Below the pieces are notes generated by a model, which was not told the DNA's origin, ran no database searches, and was given only the letters and a program-made list of their open reading frames with translations. Position numbers and translations under genes: made by a program. DNA of 64,000 nucleotides, taken from the NCBI RefSeq assembly GCF_009914755.1, contig NC_060942.1; one strand, written 5' to 3'. This document shows positions 24,981 to 37,487 of this stretch, piece after piece. Each line of letters begins with the position of its first letter. Position 1 is the stretch's first letter. This stretch comes from the human T2T-CHM13v2.0 reference genome, Homo sapiens.

Positions 24981-25277
24981 TTTGGGTTTGAGATGCCCAA
25001 GTCTGGACTTGAAGATGTCCAGAAGGCAGGTAGACATAGAAATCTGGAGCTCATAACAAAGATCTATGCTATTAATGAAAGTTTATACTCCTCATCATAC
25101 TACCATCCAAGAGGTGAGGACTTTCAAGGAGAGTGTGTAGTGTGAGAAGAGTGCTAAGGATGGAACCCTGGGGACCACAAGAATTAAATCAATGAAAATA
25201 GGAAGAAGAACCTGTAAAGACAATTGAAAAAGAAATACCAAAGAGTTGGTGGGAAAACTAATTTAGAATTAAGAGAG

Positions 25278-25452
25278 TGACCTGGTTTGGCTGTGCCCCC
25301 ACCCAAATGTCATTTTGAATTGTAGCTCCCACAATTCCCATGTGTCATGGGAGGTAATTGAACCAAGGAGGTAGGTCTTTCCTGTGCTGTTCTTGTGATA
25401 GTGAATAAGTCTTATGAGATCTGATGATTTTATAAGGAGGAGCTTCCCTGCA

Positions 25453-25484
<32 letters not shown>

Positions 25485-25541
25485 TGCCTGCAGGTATGTA
25501 AGATGTTCCTTTTGCCTTCTGCCATGATTGTGAAACTTCCC
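25278..25541 (+). mobile_element. THE1 (B/C-like) LTR, 3'-truncated, with an internal (CT)n expansion
   Basis: tgacctggtttggctgtgcccccacccaaatgtcattttgaattgtagctcccacaattccca...gtgatagtgaataagtcttatgagatctgatg...ttgccttctgccatgattgtga. Confidence 0.88.
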
Positions 25542-25619
25542 TATAGAAACTGGTGAAGTAAACCAAGGACTTAAAAGTCCCAAGCAGTATAATATACTAC
25601 CTCTAGATTCCAAGTTTTG

Positions 25620-25842
25620 GAATCTGAGAGATGTGGATGCATCCTGATCTGTTTTATACTTAATATCTGTGTAATCTTTGGAAAATTAACCTCCCAGAAC
25701 ACTCTGTTTCTGAATTCGTGTAATAGGGATTAAAATATCTTCTTGGTATTGCTGTTGTAAGATTTACAGGAGAAAATGTGTGTAAGGTGCTTCGTATTAC
25801 ACTTGGTACATAGTATGCATTAGTAAATGATGCGCATTATTG
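25620..25842 (+). mobile_element. MIR
   Basis: ttggaatctgagagatgtggat...gctgttgtaagatt...gtgtaaggtgctt...tggtacatagtatgcattagtaaatg. Confidence 0.65.
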
Positions 25843-28173
25843 TTCTAGAAGCCAAAATACTGTCATGTGAGGCTCTAAAACTTTTTGACATTAAAAAGTT
25901 TATATCCCAAAGGAGATATCTTCAGTGATCTCTAGAACTTTTCTCTGCACAGTGCAATCAATCCTCATGTATCCTTTTTCTGTACCTGCAGGGTAAAGCT
26001 AATGTGTTTAACTCATCTGTGCTAATGATTTAATTTGTTTTCCCTCCCTAGTAACCTTTGCATTGTAACAGGGAGACTCTCAGTGCCTTAATAAAAATAA
26101 GTGACTAATGTAAGCATTGCAGGCACCTGACAGGGCCAGAACCAGGTGCCTCTGGGCAGGGGCCCCTCTCTCAGGGACTTTTACATCACTTCATACAGAA
26201 AGCCATTTAACCTGCCTATGGGTAAGGTTGACCTTGTTCTATGGAAGAATAAATCTGTGCAAATCAAGGCCAGCTCCTGTTGTTTTCATGCTTTACTCCC
26301 TGCCTTTCGGGTGGAGACACACAGTAGGCTCTATATAACTGTTTGTAAGATGCACAGATAGAAGATGAGGGAGTGGGGAGGGGCAATTGAGAGGCTTATT
26401 TCAAGAGGTCAAGAAAATGTCTGAGAAATGGCCATTCAAGTTCAAAGATGGAGCACGTAGCTAATTTAACACAATTTCCTTTCATCTTCTTTCATTTTGT
26501 CATTGTCCTACTGCATTTTAATTGACATTTGCTTTTTCTTAGTCTCTGACAAAGAACACAATAACTCCAACTAACCTCATCAGTCCAGAATAAAAAATAA
26601 GACAGCTTATCAATTAATATTGTGAATTAATATAGTGCCTGCTAGTGTTCTGATAGAATACCTGACCATGAAGTTAAAAATACTGTACAGCAGTATAAAA
26701 TGAATTTATGTAAGTTTTAAAAAGCCCTCAGATATCATCTAATTAAAATGTATTTCTATATTTTAAAAAACTCTGAGAATCTGAAAATTTTACTTAACCA
26801 GCAAAACTCAAAGACACACAAAATTCTACGTATAATTTTCAGGTGGTCATGGATTATTTGAATTTTGTTAATAAACCTCTGAGAGGACCACAGAGTCTGG
26901 TTTAATAACATTTAATCAAACTCAACCCCTTTATTTTATGGAAAAAGAACTGGAACCTAGAGAAGTTAAAGTCAGAAATCCAAAGTCACATAAGACACGG
27001 AAGTTCTGGACTAGAATCCATGGCTCAAGACTTCCCTTCTATTATCTCAAGTTCTTGGTAAATCCTAGTGAAGCTTACCATCTTATTAAACTAAAAGCAG
27101 TTTCTATTTAGTAAAATTCTGTGAGAGATGATAACATACCATAGCTCCTAATCACTCAGGTAGGGATTGTAGAAAACAAACAATTCAGTTTCTGTTGTTT
27201 TCAAATTATTCTCCCCATTTTTGAAGAGTACTGCATTTCTTCACCTCAAAGCATGCATTAAAATTTAATTTGTCATCATTCTGCCCTCAAACAGGGTTCC
27301 AGTTCACCTTCCAATCACCATTAGACGAAGTTACTCATTTTTCCAAAAGCAGAGAACAAGATTGCAGAAGACAACTTGACGTTCCATTTTAGGAACCAAT
27401 AACCCTCATATTTGGAAATTTCATTACTACACTTTCAGAGGTATGTTTTACATTCAGAGTCGGAAACCCCAACATGCTATGCAGTTTGAACTTAGCAGGT
27501 TCTTCTCAAGCTTGTCTTGCATGTTCTAAGCTTAGAAAAATATTTTACTTTTACTGTTTCCCAAATTATATTGACTGGGAAAAGTTACATGTCATTTTAT
27601 AAGTTCTTAAAAGATGTTATTACTTTTTACTCAGTCATTTACTTTGTATTCACTATATTTGCAACACTGGAAAAATGTGGCACCCTGGAAAAATGTTTTG
27701 CAAACGTGTCATGATGTGTGAGATATAAGTTTTGCTCTTCAATTCTGTGTAGTTGTTTTTGATGTGCTTAAACTAGTTCATTTATTCTATTTAATAGACA
27801 TTTTTCTTCCCTATGACAATTGTAGGTTTAGTTTTTTTCTTGCTTTGTAGAGAATATTGACCTGAGGTTTCGCACTTAGGAAATACGTATTGTGTGTGCC
27901 TACTATGTGCATAGTCCCGTGCTGCACCAAGAACAAATCCTTGTTTCTGCACCTACTGCAATGATGAATGTATGTCATTCAAGTGCACATTGGCTTTCAA
28001 AATACTACAAACATAAATATGCAAAAATCTGTGATAGTATATTTCAACTCAATAATGGCTTCTACGAAGCAAAAAATATAAATCTGTCTCACCATGGCAG
28101 GAGATAACCTATTTTCTTCCTGTTGACCCATGATTATCTCTAGAAGCTAGAGACCCATGGACCCTTCTCTCCA

Positions 28174-28175
<2 letters not shown>

Positions 28176-28214
<39 letters not shown>

Positions 28215-28234
28215 CTCTCTCTCTCTGTCTCTCT

Positions 28235-28286
<52 letters not shown>
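28176..28286. repeat. Compound microsatellite (CA)n(CT)n(CA)n
   Basis: Directly visible. Confidence 0.97.
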
Positions 28287-28288
<2 letters not shown>

Positions 28289-28546
28289 GGCTGCTAACTT
28301 GTCAGTTCCATGGCATAGGAAACAACGTCACCCTGGAGAGCAGATTGCTTAAAGGAAAGCAAGATGAGACACTGGGAATCATGCAAAGATCCCCTATCAG
28401 CCATGGGTCTGGCTGACCAGTGGCTATGGAGGTGGCCATGTTGGGAGTGGAGGCTAAACACCAGTCTTCTACTGTAGGCTGTGGGGAGCATGAATGGTGA
28501 GGAAAATGCACAAGAAGGTCTAGTTTGTATTGTGCTGATGATGTAC

Positions 28547-30549
28547 CAGGCATAAATAAATTCAGAGTTTGTATGGCCTGAAGCTTATATGATTACAGGG
28601 TCTATTTAAGGAAAAGAATACAAAACTGCTAATACAAAATTAAGTACAAAAGTGAATATTTATTTAGATGAGAAAGGAAATTACAACAAATTATAAACAT
28701 ATAAAAGCAAGTACCACAAATATAAAAATCCAGAAAAATAACGTAGTAACTTATTTTTCATGAATTTATTTAATTTCCAGCCTGTGTAGGGAAAACTCTT
28801 TCTAACCACATTTTTCCTCTAGTCTCACACCACGACAATCAACATAGAAGACTTCTGTGACCAAATATATGGGTTTCCCCCCACAAATAGCAAGCAGTAG
28901 ATACCAGCTGGGTGTCCTCTAATTCAGTCTCACACTCTCTACCCAGAGGTAGTGTTAGATCCCACAGGTTGAGGGCTCAGTCCCCTCCTATACACACACC
29001 AGCTGCAAGTCCAGGCCTCCAGAGCTTCTGACTGACCAGCTACAAGTTGGGGTTCCTATGATCCCCTCTTTGGGTTTGATTAATTTGCTGGAGTGGCTCA
29101 TGAAACTCAGGGAAACACTTACCTTTACCAGTTTATTATAAAGGTTATTGCAAAGGATACAGATGAAGAGCTGCATAGAGTGAGATACCAGGGAAGGGGG
29201 TGGAGTTTCCATGCCCTCCCAGGGCCTGCCACCTTCCAGCAAATTCCAGGTGTTCAGCCATCAGGAAGCTCCCTGAACCTTGTCCTCTTGGGTTTTTATG
29301 GAAGCTTCATGATGTCAGCATTCCTTTCCCCAGGGTACAGGGTAGGTCCCTCTCATAGGAGGGTCTTAAGGCCCACAGTCAGAAAGACAGAAGAACATTA
29401 AAGTGAAAGGAGAGCAGAAGAAGCTCAGAGGCCTGCCCCTGAGGCCTAGCACACCCAATAGTCTAACAAAAGACTAAGGGCTATGGAAGTTATAAGCCAG
29501 GAACCATGGAGGAAAACCAGTATATATATCACAGCACCACATATCCACACCTTATTTTTGTTGGCAGCATACTTTCCCATCACCTCTGCCTTTGAATGAT
29601 TTGTCAGTTGTCAGTATCAATTTCCATACATTGTTCAGTAGAGTTTCACAAAAGAAATATAATTCAGTATTTCCTCAGTATTTTTTTCATTAAAATTTGT
29701 TTCTCATTAATAGTTTAGATTTTTTCCCCTCATTTTCACAACTCGTTATGAATTTAGGATTGTTGCCAAACTTGGGAAAGCCTCTATCACATTTCCTTTA
29801 TAAATAAACTGTTATATATAGACTCAGTTTGTAGTGCTACTATCAGTTTGTACAGCCACAGGAATCCTGACAAATTCCATTCACACCAATTCCCATCAAA
29901 AAAAAAAAAAAAAGAAAGAAAAGAAAAAGTCAGAGGTGTTTATAGTTATGTGTTCTTTCCATTTTCTAGTGTATTTCTGATAGAAGAGAACTTCTGTTTT
30001 GACTAGGTATCCATGGGAATTAAATCTTCCCATCACAATTTTATACGCTGATGATTAGAAGAACTTTCCAGAAAAGATTTTGGCCTCATAAATTTCAGGC
30101 TTTGTTTCTCCTTTATTATCTGGTGCTAGAACCTGTAAGATACCAGGAGCTCTGGGCCTGCACCTTGGTGTCATGACCCCAGCTGAAGTGGCATCATGGA
30201 AGTTAGAAATGTTCCTGGAAGCCATTCCCAGACCGTGACAGGTAGCAAATGCTTAATTATACATGAAATGACTCTGAACCATATTAATAGACTTAACACA
30301 CTTGAACCAAATATGTCTCCAACTTCTCTTAGATGTTCCAAAAAAAAAAAAAAAGTGGACCCTCTGTCACAAGAGAAGTCCAATGTAAAAAGAGAGGGTG
30401 GAGTAAAAAGGGACAGTGATCTTAACTGAGGTGCGATTAAAACATCTGACTTTTGCACAATTTAAAAAGATATTACTGGGGCCCCTGCTCTGGCCCTGGA
30501 AAAGCCCAAGACTCAAGCCTCATCAGCTTCATAATTAAACTAGTTTTGA
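28547..30549 (-). mobile_element. hAT-Tip100 DNA transposon remnant (Arthur1-like), split by a MER21 LTR
   Basis: ggcctgaagcttata...aagaatacaaaa...tacaaaattaagtacaaaagtgaatatttatttag at one end; gggcccctgctctggccctggaa...agcctcatcagcttcat at the other. Confidence 0.55.
28784..29541 (-). mobile_element. MER21 (A/B-like) LTR
   Basis: gaagacttctgtgaccaaat...ccagctgggtgtcctctaattca...gatcccacaggttgagggctcagtccc...gattaatttgctggagtggctca...aaaggatacagatgaagag. Confidence 0.85.
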
Positions 30550-30734
30550 TGTCAGAGGTTGTAATGTTTCAAATATTTTAGAATTCCAGTGTCCCAGGGC
30601 TCAGACATTCATCATTTAAAAAAAAATTTTTCATCCTATTTATTCCCTCCTTTGATGATCTCCACCAAAATTTCTGGCTTTAAATGTATTTAAGATGCAT
30701 ATATTTAGATAATGTCCAGATTATTTCTCAAATT

Positions 30735-31690
30735 CTTTCTCTATTCCCTGGAGCTCGAGAATTAGATATCTAAGTGCTGGTTCAATCTCTTCCCTTGGAG
30801 TCTAAGAGACCTCTCTAACTCAACATCACCACAACTGAACTCCAGATCTTTCTCCTGAAATCTTCTCTGCTTACAAGTTTCTCAGCTAGTGACAACTTTA
30901 TCTTTTCCATTGTTCATACCAAAAATGTTAGAGTCATCCTGCCTATCAGGAAATCTTGTGGCTTTAATTTCAAAATAAATATGAAACTTGATCATATTTT
31001 ACCCACACCACTGCTACCACCTCGAGTATAGACATCATTACCTCTCACTGGCATCTCAGCCAAAGTCTCCTAAAATGCCTGACTGCTCCCACCTTTGGTG
31101 CTTTGTGGTGGTTTTCAACACAGTAGATTTCGCACTGTAAATCAGGTCTTGTCACTCCTCTGTTTAAATCCATTTCACTGTAGAAGCCTGGGAGGGCATG
31201 GAAACTCCTCCCTCTTCCCTGGTACCTCATCCCATGTAGCCTAGAAGGTGCTAGTGACCTGGCCTCACACTGTCTGTCTGATGTCCTGTCACACCCACTC
31301 CCCTTCCCAGAGCTGCAGCCACACTGGCTTCCAGGATGCTTGTCCAACACACCAGGTAGGACCTCAGGGCCCTTATCCCAGGACTTACTGGGCTTACTCC
31401 GTTTCCTCCTTCAACTACTTCCTCACGTCTCACCTTCTCAACAAGGAAGGCCAGCTACCTACTAAATGCTACACTATGCCACCCACCCGCTCAGCATTTG
31501 CCATTACTTTTACCCTTCCTTACTTTACTGCACTCCTATGGCACTAGTCACTTGCTCATATACTATGTGTTTATGTGTTTACTATGAGTCATTTGATTGT
31601 TCACTGTCTTATCCCTGTCCTAGAATGCAAACAACACAAGGACAGAGATCTTTGTGTTTTTCAATAGTGTACCCCATGAAACTAGAAATT
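30735..31690 (+). mobile_element. L2 (L2a-like) 3' region
   Basis: ctcaacatcaccacaactgaactcc, ttagagtcatcct, ccactgctaccacc, gtcactcctctgtttaaa, cagccacactggcttcc, tagaatgcaaacaacacaaggacagagat. Confidence 0.8.
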
Positions 31691-32088
31691 AATCTAATTC
31701 TAAAATACATAACAAAACAACCTGAAATAAAGAAAAGTTAAGCAGCTTGAGAGGATCACAAAAGTAGTAGAGGTGGCATTTAAACCTAGATAGCCTCCAG
31801 AGCCTGCACCCTTAGCTTGTGTGCAATATCACCTCCTACTGTCTGGAGGGGAAAGGCAGCCAAGGGAGTGGAGAATGGATATGGCCCTGGAGGCCGAATC
31901 ACCAGCTTCCCTGCATGGTCACTCTAGATTGCTAAACTCTGAGTTAAAGCCCAGTCAAACAGATAAATGTTTTGATATTAAATGTTTTTAAATAAGCCAC
32001 TTTACATATATGGAGTATGCTTATACTTTATAATCATTTTCCCAAGGAAATAGTGATGTTCTCCTCCTTTGTGGGGTCATTTTGTATA

Positions 32089-32434
32089 CAGTAGTCACCC
32101 CTTATCCATGGTTTTGCTTTCTGGGGTTTCAGTTACCAGCAGTCAACTGCTACCAACTGTCCACAAATATTAAATTGAAAATTCCAGAAATAACAGCTCA
32201 TACGTTTTAAATTATGTGTTGTTCTGAGTAGCATGATAAAATCTCTCACTATCCTACTCTGTACTGCCAGGGACATGAATCATCCCTTTGTCTTGTGTGT
32301 CCGTGTTATCTACACTACCCACCCATTACTATATAGGAAAAAACATAGCATATATAGGATTCGGTAGTATCTATAGTTCCAAGCATCCACTGGGGGGCTT
32401 GGAACATATCTCTGAGGATAAGAGGGAGACTCTG
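32089..32434 (+). mobile_element. MER44A-like TcMar-Tigger MITE
   Basis: TIRs cagtagtcaccccttatcc ... ggataagagggagactctg, flanked by TA target duplications. Confidence 0.85.
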
Positions 32435-32885
32435 TATTCCATTGGCCCCTTTGCATGGCTTAACTACCTTTACCACAATAAATATGATACACTGAGCTAT
32501 CATTCTCTACTATTGAGAGACATGAAAATCACAACCATATTCTCAAACACATTATTAGAATAACATATGGTTTCGGAGGTCAAGGTGGTTTGCATAATGA
32601 AAGAATTACCTGAACTCAGGTGGGGAATGCTACTGCTGAGGGAGATATTTTCCATCATCTGGGCATTGGAAGCTATTAAATATTTGTATAATGTGGCTCT
32701 TATATGTTTATTTAAGAAGTAAATTAAAATGTATAAAGATTACAACAATTCTTTGCCATGCCTTCATCATTTTTCAGCTTAGAGGCAGGCAACTACATAT
32801 TAATGGGGGAGAATTTTGCAGATGTGCAGTAGGGCTGAGATGAGCTATTTCTTGAGCCTATAGCTTGGACAACCTACCTATCACT

Positions 32886-32898
32886 ACACATGTGCATG

Positions 32899-32929
<31 letters not shown>

Positions 32930-32930
32930 A
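32886..32930. repeat. (CA)n inside an alternating purine-pyrimidine tract
   Basis: acacatgtgcatgca(ca)ncgtgca. Confidence 0.9.
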
Positions 32931-32959
32931 AGAGTATATTTCTGACTCTTTCTAAAACC

Positions 32960-33600
32960 TTATATCTAATCTTCCTGCCTTCAGCTTTCCTTTACCCTGT
33001 CGCTCTAACACACTGCCCTACTATTATCTTTCAAGAGTCTGAACTGGAGCATGCCAATTCTCTACTTAAAATTTTCCATAACACCCCTTTACCTACTATG
33101 GATCATCTTTTTCTTTGGCAACCAAATTCAATCTGGGCAGACTTGCTCTTTGCTCTGTCCTCCTCTGTTACATTCTATTCCCTAATCACAGTGCATTCCT
33201 GAAACACTCCATGCTTTGCCACACTTCTGTGTTTGGGGTTCCTGCTGAAACTCCCTTTCTTGTCTGCTCTGGCCCAGTTACACCTGACTTTTACACTGAA
33301 CCAGCTTCAGTGTTACTATTTCTGGGTAGACTCTCTGGCCAATCTCAGACCCCACCACTTCCTGAAAACATGCAAACACACACACCCTTTAGAAATAATA
33401 GTTTTCTGTACTTTCACAGGACTTTGTTCATACAGGTAGTAAAATGTTTATTACAAATGAACAATTAAGAGATTTGTGAGTGTATCTCCCTAGTGAATGC
33501 TAAAGTGTTTGAGTGCAGACTTCAGAATCTTTTCATTTTTTGTGTGTTGCACCAGCCAACTTCCTGACCCACAGAAGCCATTTGATTCATTTAATTGTAT
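32960..33600 (+). mobile_element. L2 degraded 3' region
   Basis: ctctaacacactgcc, ttcctgaaacactccatgctttgccacacttctgtg, ccctagtgaatgctaaagtgtttgagtgcagac. Confidence 0.55.
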
Positions 33601-36149
33601 TGAATTGCATCAAATGGAATTGGGTCACTGTGATGTGCCAGGTGTGATGTGCTTGCCATGCCACTGCTCGGGTTAAAGGAGAGGTGGGCACTCAGTCATA
33701 CTAACCTGATGGTATTTTGAACCCTGAATTCAGATCTATATGCTACCACTTTCCAAAGGACATTAAGAAGATAATAAGGTTAGAAAAGTTTCAAATTCCT
33801 AGGGACAAAAAAGATAGCTTCACTGTGAAAAAGAGAAGACATGTTAGATGGTTTGAAGAAGTTGGATGCAATGCTGAGATGGGAAAAGGCAGAGAGAAGA
33901 TAGGGATATTACAAATACATATAATATGGAAAACTAATTAAATTGGCCGCATATCTAAAGATTTGTGGAAGCAGCTCTCGTGTGGAAGCATGAGAAAGCA
34001 ATATCCAACTAATTGGTATCTTACTGTAAAAAATAAGTTTTACCATAACAGTTGCCTACAAAATAACAGAATTTCTCACAAAACTCTAAGTGCCCCATCT
34101 CTTTATATGGTCAACTTGAACTTGATAAAACACCATTCAGGAGTTGCAGAAAAAATTACCATGCAAAGTGAATTGGATGACACTAAAATCTTCAAATAAA
34201 GAGTAATATACAAAAAAATGGCAAGAGTAGGGATTTTTAGTACCTTTAAAGTTGTTTTGTTCTGTATTGTAGTTTTGCTGCTTTTAAAGTAGAGCGGGAA
34301 GTCTGCAGAGTTCTGGAGTTTAGAGAACTCTTCTTCAGAGGCTTGCATTTTGGTAATTTCTCTATGTTCTGCCATGATTTGGAAAGTCTCCAAATGTCTC
34401 CAAGAACTGGAAAATCCCCTTTGGTATTTGTGGAGGTGAGTTAGCAGGTCTCTGTGTGTCTAGATTCCTCATAATAAAGATCCAAATCTGAAAGTTGGTT
34501 TGGACACAGAAAATGTGAATGGAAAGTTCTCTAGGGTCCGTCTATTCATTCACTCAGTTAGTTCAAGAAACATTTATGGAGCCCAGTTTCTGCCAAGCAC
34601 TGGCTGAGCACTGGGGTACTAGGGTGTGTGCTGCAGACCCTGGCACCTTCCTGCCTGAGCATAATGGCCAGGGAGCAATTGTTCCACAGCGAAGTGTTTG
34701 CTCACCATAGCCATTCTGGAACTGCACGGCTAGTTCTTATGCTACAAGAAGAAAGGGTTTGTGTTTCATTCATTTTTGTATCACCTACATTGCTTTTAAC
34801 CAACTGTCATTAGAATGATGGTGGCACTATTTACACATGGAGGTGTTTAATAAATAGCTGATGAAAGAAGGAAGGAGAGAGGGAGAAAACAAGGTCTCTT
34901 GGTTATTACCTAAACCTCTAATCTGAACTGTAAAAAAAAAAAAAAAAAATCACCATCTTCCTTACATGTTATATTCAAAAGTTTGTTACTGCAAATTCTG
35001 GGAACACTGAAACCAAAACCAGTAGTAAGAAAAAAGAAAGTAAATAACAACAAAACAAAATAACCCCAAATCCCTGGCAAACCGCCTAAGCATGATTAGG
35101 CCATTAGAGCAGAGCACTCCCTGATGACATAACCCCTCAACTTGTCTTCTCTACATAGACCTTTTCCTTAAATGACTTCAGAAACACAGTCTCTTGGGTT
35201 TTGCATACCTAGAAGGCTTTAGGGATTAGATGAAGGGAAGCAGAATACATTTAACAGGACCATAATTATCTCTCTTTCCTTTATTCCCCCCTCCCCCATT
35301 CCTGTGGGGCTCTGGAAATGTCATTGTCCTTATTTAATGCAATGCAGTGAGTGTGGGATAAAGTCCCACCTGTGCCATGAAAATCCCTTAGCAGCTTGCA
35401 GCATTGGAGGATAGAGGATGGAAGGAAAGACTAAAAGACGTCTGTGGTATTGAGACAACAACTGCAACAACAAAACCCATGAGACGCTTCCAACAAGCAC
35501 AGAAGGAGCAGCAAGGTGGGACTGATTCAGAAGGATTAGAGAAAGGCAGGAGACCTGGTGCTTTGCTCTTCTCATTACAACCTGAATCACCGGGCACTTG
35601 GTAGAGAAAGCTCACCCCTCAGACATACGCATCCACTGCAGATGAGAAACTAGCATTTTCTTTACCCTTGTGTTTGTTTTTCTGTCAGCCAACAATAGGG
35701 GGAGAAAAGAAGATTATTGAGATTAGATGATTTTTTTCTTACATATTTATTATCCTGTTCTGTCCCAATCATCTCAATATTCAAAAAGTAGACTTGGAGG
35801 CTAGCATAAAGAAAAGAACAGCCAAGCTTCTGAGGGCTGTTGAATTTTTAATCCTCTAACATTTTTCTCCCCCTTCTCTATTTGTTGTCTATTTTCAAAG
35901 CCCTAAAGTAAAGAGATTGTCTAAACCCCATTCTTTGGCAGCCATTCAAAAAGCTACGTCTTGTAACATGACTGGGGAAAACCAGGAGTTAATTTTTAGA
36001 CAAAAATTTAGGAGTCAGTAATGATGTTTTTAAAAACCTCAATGTTTAGCATTGAGGTGAGATATTTAAGTAATAAAACTGATGGCTCAGTGATCAGAGC
36101 ATCAACAGCTCTCTGCCGGCAAATCCTGGTGCTCTTTATTGCTGTGGTC

Positions 36150-36845
36150 CTGTTCCAGCCCCATAGCAGGAGATTGCTAATGATCTGGGCTTGGGATATA
36201 CACCTGTGTCCCTCCAGGGTCGTGGTTCTCTTCTTTTAATCTGTTTCCTTCCCCAGCCTCAGAGTCTTCACCTGTGCTTTAGTGTGACAGGATTTGCTGC
36301 TTTCCCTCAACTTGCTTAAGGCTCTTGCCCTCTGTAGGGGAGAAGGCTTTAGGAGGGGGTCTGTGTCGTGCCAGCAAAGACTGCCCCTGTGCCATGACAG
36401 CTCCATCAGGAAGCCTCCTCTCTTCTCATCTGCTGCTCCCAATCTTTCTCCTGAGCACCAGAAATTACCTTGAGAAGAAGCCTGAAAAGTAAGTGCAAAT
36501 TCTTCTTGAGTCAATTGCTATTAGGGCTCTATATTCTCGCACTAGCCTACTTTTAGCCTTCAGCAATTTGTTTAAAATTGTGACCTATTTCTCCTTACCA
36601 GGGTGCATGGTGTCCAGAAGCATCTCCTCCAGGTAAGCATGTGTTTGCATCCTACATCTTCATGGAGGCTGCTGTCTTGTCTTATATTTTGGGGTAGTTG
36701 GTTGCTCTGCAATCTCAGCTCTCTGATGGAATCAAGACAATTGCCAATTTGCAGATGGTCTGGTGTTTTGTTTTGTTTTTAGTTGGTAGTAAATGGGTTC
36801 ATCAATCTTTTTCGCTTTCTACATTGTAAGTAGAAGACAGAAGTC
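36150..36845 (-). mobile_element. Ancient L1M 5' UTR fragment, antisense
   Basis: ttcagcaatttgtttaaaat...ctccaggtaagca...ttgctctgcaatctcagctctctgatgg...ctttctacattgtaagtagaagacagaagtc. Confidence 0.6.
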
Positions 36846-37088
36846 AACTGATGTGTTTATTGAACTCAGTTTCAAGAGTTACATTTTAAAGGCATGCTTT
36901 CAAAATGCAGTTCATCCAGAGGAGAGAGATTAAGATTGTCCTGGAAGCCATGATAAAGATATTAAAAACATCTAAATTGAAGATGAACGGTCTAAGGGGA
37001 GAACTCTCTTCAAATATTTTCAGGGCAGTTCTTCTTAAGATACAGAATGTACGGTATAGTTTAGAGCACTTAACCATTAAAGAGGGTT

Positions 37089-37487
37089 TGCTATGGTTTG
37101 AATGTGTCCCCAAAGCTCATGTGTTGAAAACTTAATCCCCATTGCAATGATGTTGAGATATAGAAACTTTAAGAGGTGATTACATCATGAGGACTCTGCC
37201 TTCATAAATAGGTCAATGTCCTTAGTGAGGGAGCAAGTTAGTTACCACAGGCACAGGTTCTTGATAAAAGGGTGAGTTAGGCCCCCTTCCTTTCTCTTTC
37301 TCTCTGGTGCTGTCTTGCCCTTCCACCTTCTGCTATGAGATGACCCAGCAAGAAGCTACTCACCAGATGTGGCCCCTTGATTTTGGACTTCTACACTCCC
37401 AGACCCATGAGCCAAATAAATTCCTGTTCATTATAAATTACCCAGTTTGTGTTATTTTGTTATAGCCACACAGAACGGACTAAGATA
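37089..37487 (+). mobile_element. MST (MSTB2/MSTC-like) MaLR solo LTR
   Basis: tgctatggtttgaatgtgtccccaaagctcatgtgttgaaaacttaatcccc...ccaaataaattcctgttcattataaattacccag...aacggactaagata. Confidence 0.88.

Larger units (their letters stand above)
23323..25270 (-). mobile_element. L2 antisense, interrupted by two MLT1 LTRs
   Basis: tcatttacttattg...acgtgctagtcaccatactaaggactggagat; ggagatggactttaggtgtattgaagaggtaaagtcaatag; ggtagatagtagtaccatttac; gaaatctggagctca. Confidence 0.75.

Noticed and set aside
28988-29401. ORFs of 84 and 102 aa
   Set aside because: Entirely within the MER21 LTR
35330-35615. Overlapping short ORFs in purine-rich unique sequence
   Set aside because: No convincing start or splice sites and no homology
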